64,000 bases of DNA, taken from Eledone cirrhosa (Eukaryota). Under the pieces are notes generated by a model. The model saw nothing but the letters and a program-made list of their open reading frames with translations. It had not been told where the DNA came from and ran no database searches. Shown here one piece after another: positions 63,593 to 64,000 of the stretch (positions are counted from its first letter, which is position 1; each line of letters begins with the position of its first letter). Location of the stretch: assembly GCA_964016885.1 (NCBI GenBank), contig OZ024741.1:6758001-6822000 (forward strand), read 5' to 3'. The position numbers and the translations under genes are program-made.

Positions 63593-64000
63593 TGAAATAA
63601 ATGCTCTGAAATAGCGATATATATGTGAATATAGACATAGAATATTCGAAAATATTCTGTATGTTTATAATAAACATTTTGAAGACCTAATCGCTATAGA
63701 ATAGAATACGTCACGTATTACAATTAGATTCTCGATAAAAGCAAGGGAAGTAATCTACGCGTTTCATTCTCGTTAGAAATCATCAGGACTACATATCCAG
63801 TGCTTTTATCGAGAATGACACAGCTAGAGACTTATAGAATACTTAGCTGTGTACAGGAACTGGTTTGAAAGAGCGGTTGCCGGTCCGGCAGAAATTAGAA
63901 ATTGAAATAAATGCTCTGAAATAGCGATATATATGTGAATATAGACATAGAATATTCGAAAATATTCTGTATGTTTATAATAAACATTTTGAAGACCTAA
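63591..64000 (-). mobile_element. 310-bp tandem non-coding repeat with hammerhead (non-LTR retrozyme-like), runs off the right edge
   Basis: 63591-63690 is repeated identically at 63901-64000. Begins directly after (TA)n. Confidence 0.8.
63750..63792 (-). ncRNA. Minimal type I hammerhead ribozyme, intact, GUA cleavage site
   Basis: Minus strand: gtagtc-CTGATGA-t ttct aacg agaa t-GAAAC GC GTA|gattac. 6-bp stem I, palindromic stem III ACGCGT. Stem I is extended by a perfect 16-bp inverted repeat (63728-63743 / 63801-63816). Confidence 0.88.

Overview
This is eukaryotic, repeat-rich animal DNA. The SINE, RTE, CR1 and Penelope families and the (TA)n/(CA)n load look like an octopod cephalopod, which is an inference and not a database result. 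The only host gene I can support is the 3' part of a Haspin (GSG2, histone H3T3) kinase on the + strand. It has six small GT-AG exons (33852-33914, 36577-36668, 40202-40275, 42608-42839, 43833-43935, 47119-47332) that splice in frame, and the ORF track catches only one of them. The first 33.8 kb is a single triplet-built satellite (15-bp ACAGCAACAGTAGTA core, 9-bp variants, kb-scale higher-order duplications). It ends about 25 bp before a Haspin splice acceptor, so it is most likely intronic, and the 11,010-aa TATVV ORF and the poly-Leu ORFs are by-products of it. Four of the five complete Haspin introns carry their own tandem array, three of them amplified from retroelement sequence. Downstream (48-64 kb) are a rearranged mariner, a degenerate tRNA-Asn, RTE and CRE fragments, and a dense cluster of Penelope-related insertions at (TA)n tracts. 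That cluster includes a Naiad-type RT + GIY-YIG relic, several foldback inverted repeats and multiple minimal hammerhead ribozymes, one of them intact in a 310-bp tandem retrozyme-like unit at the right edge.
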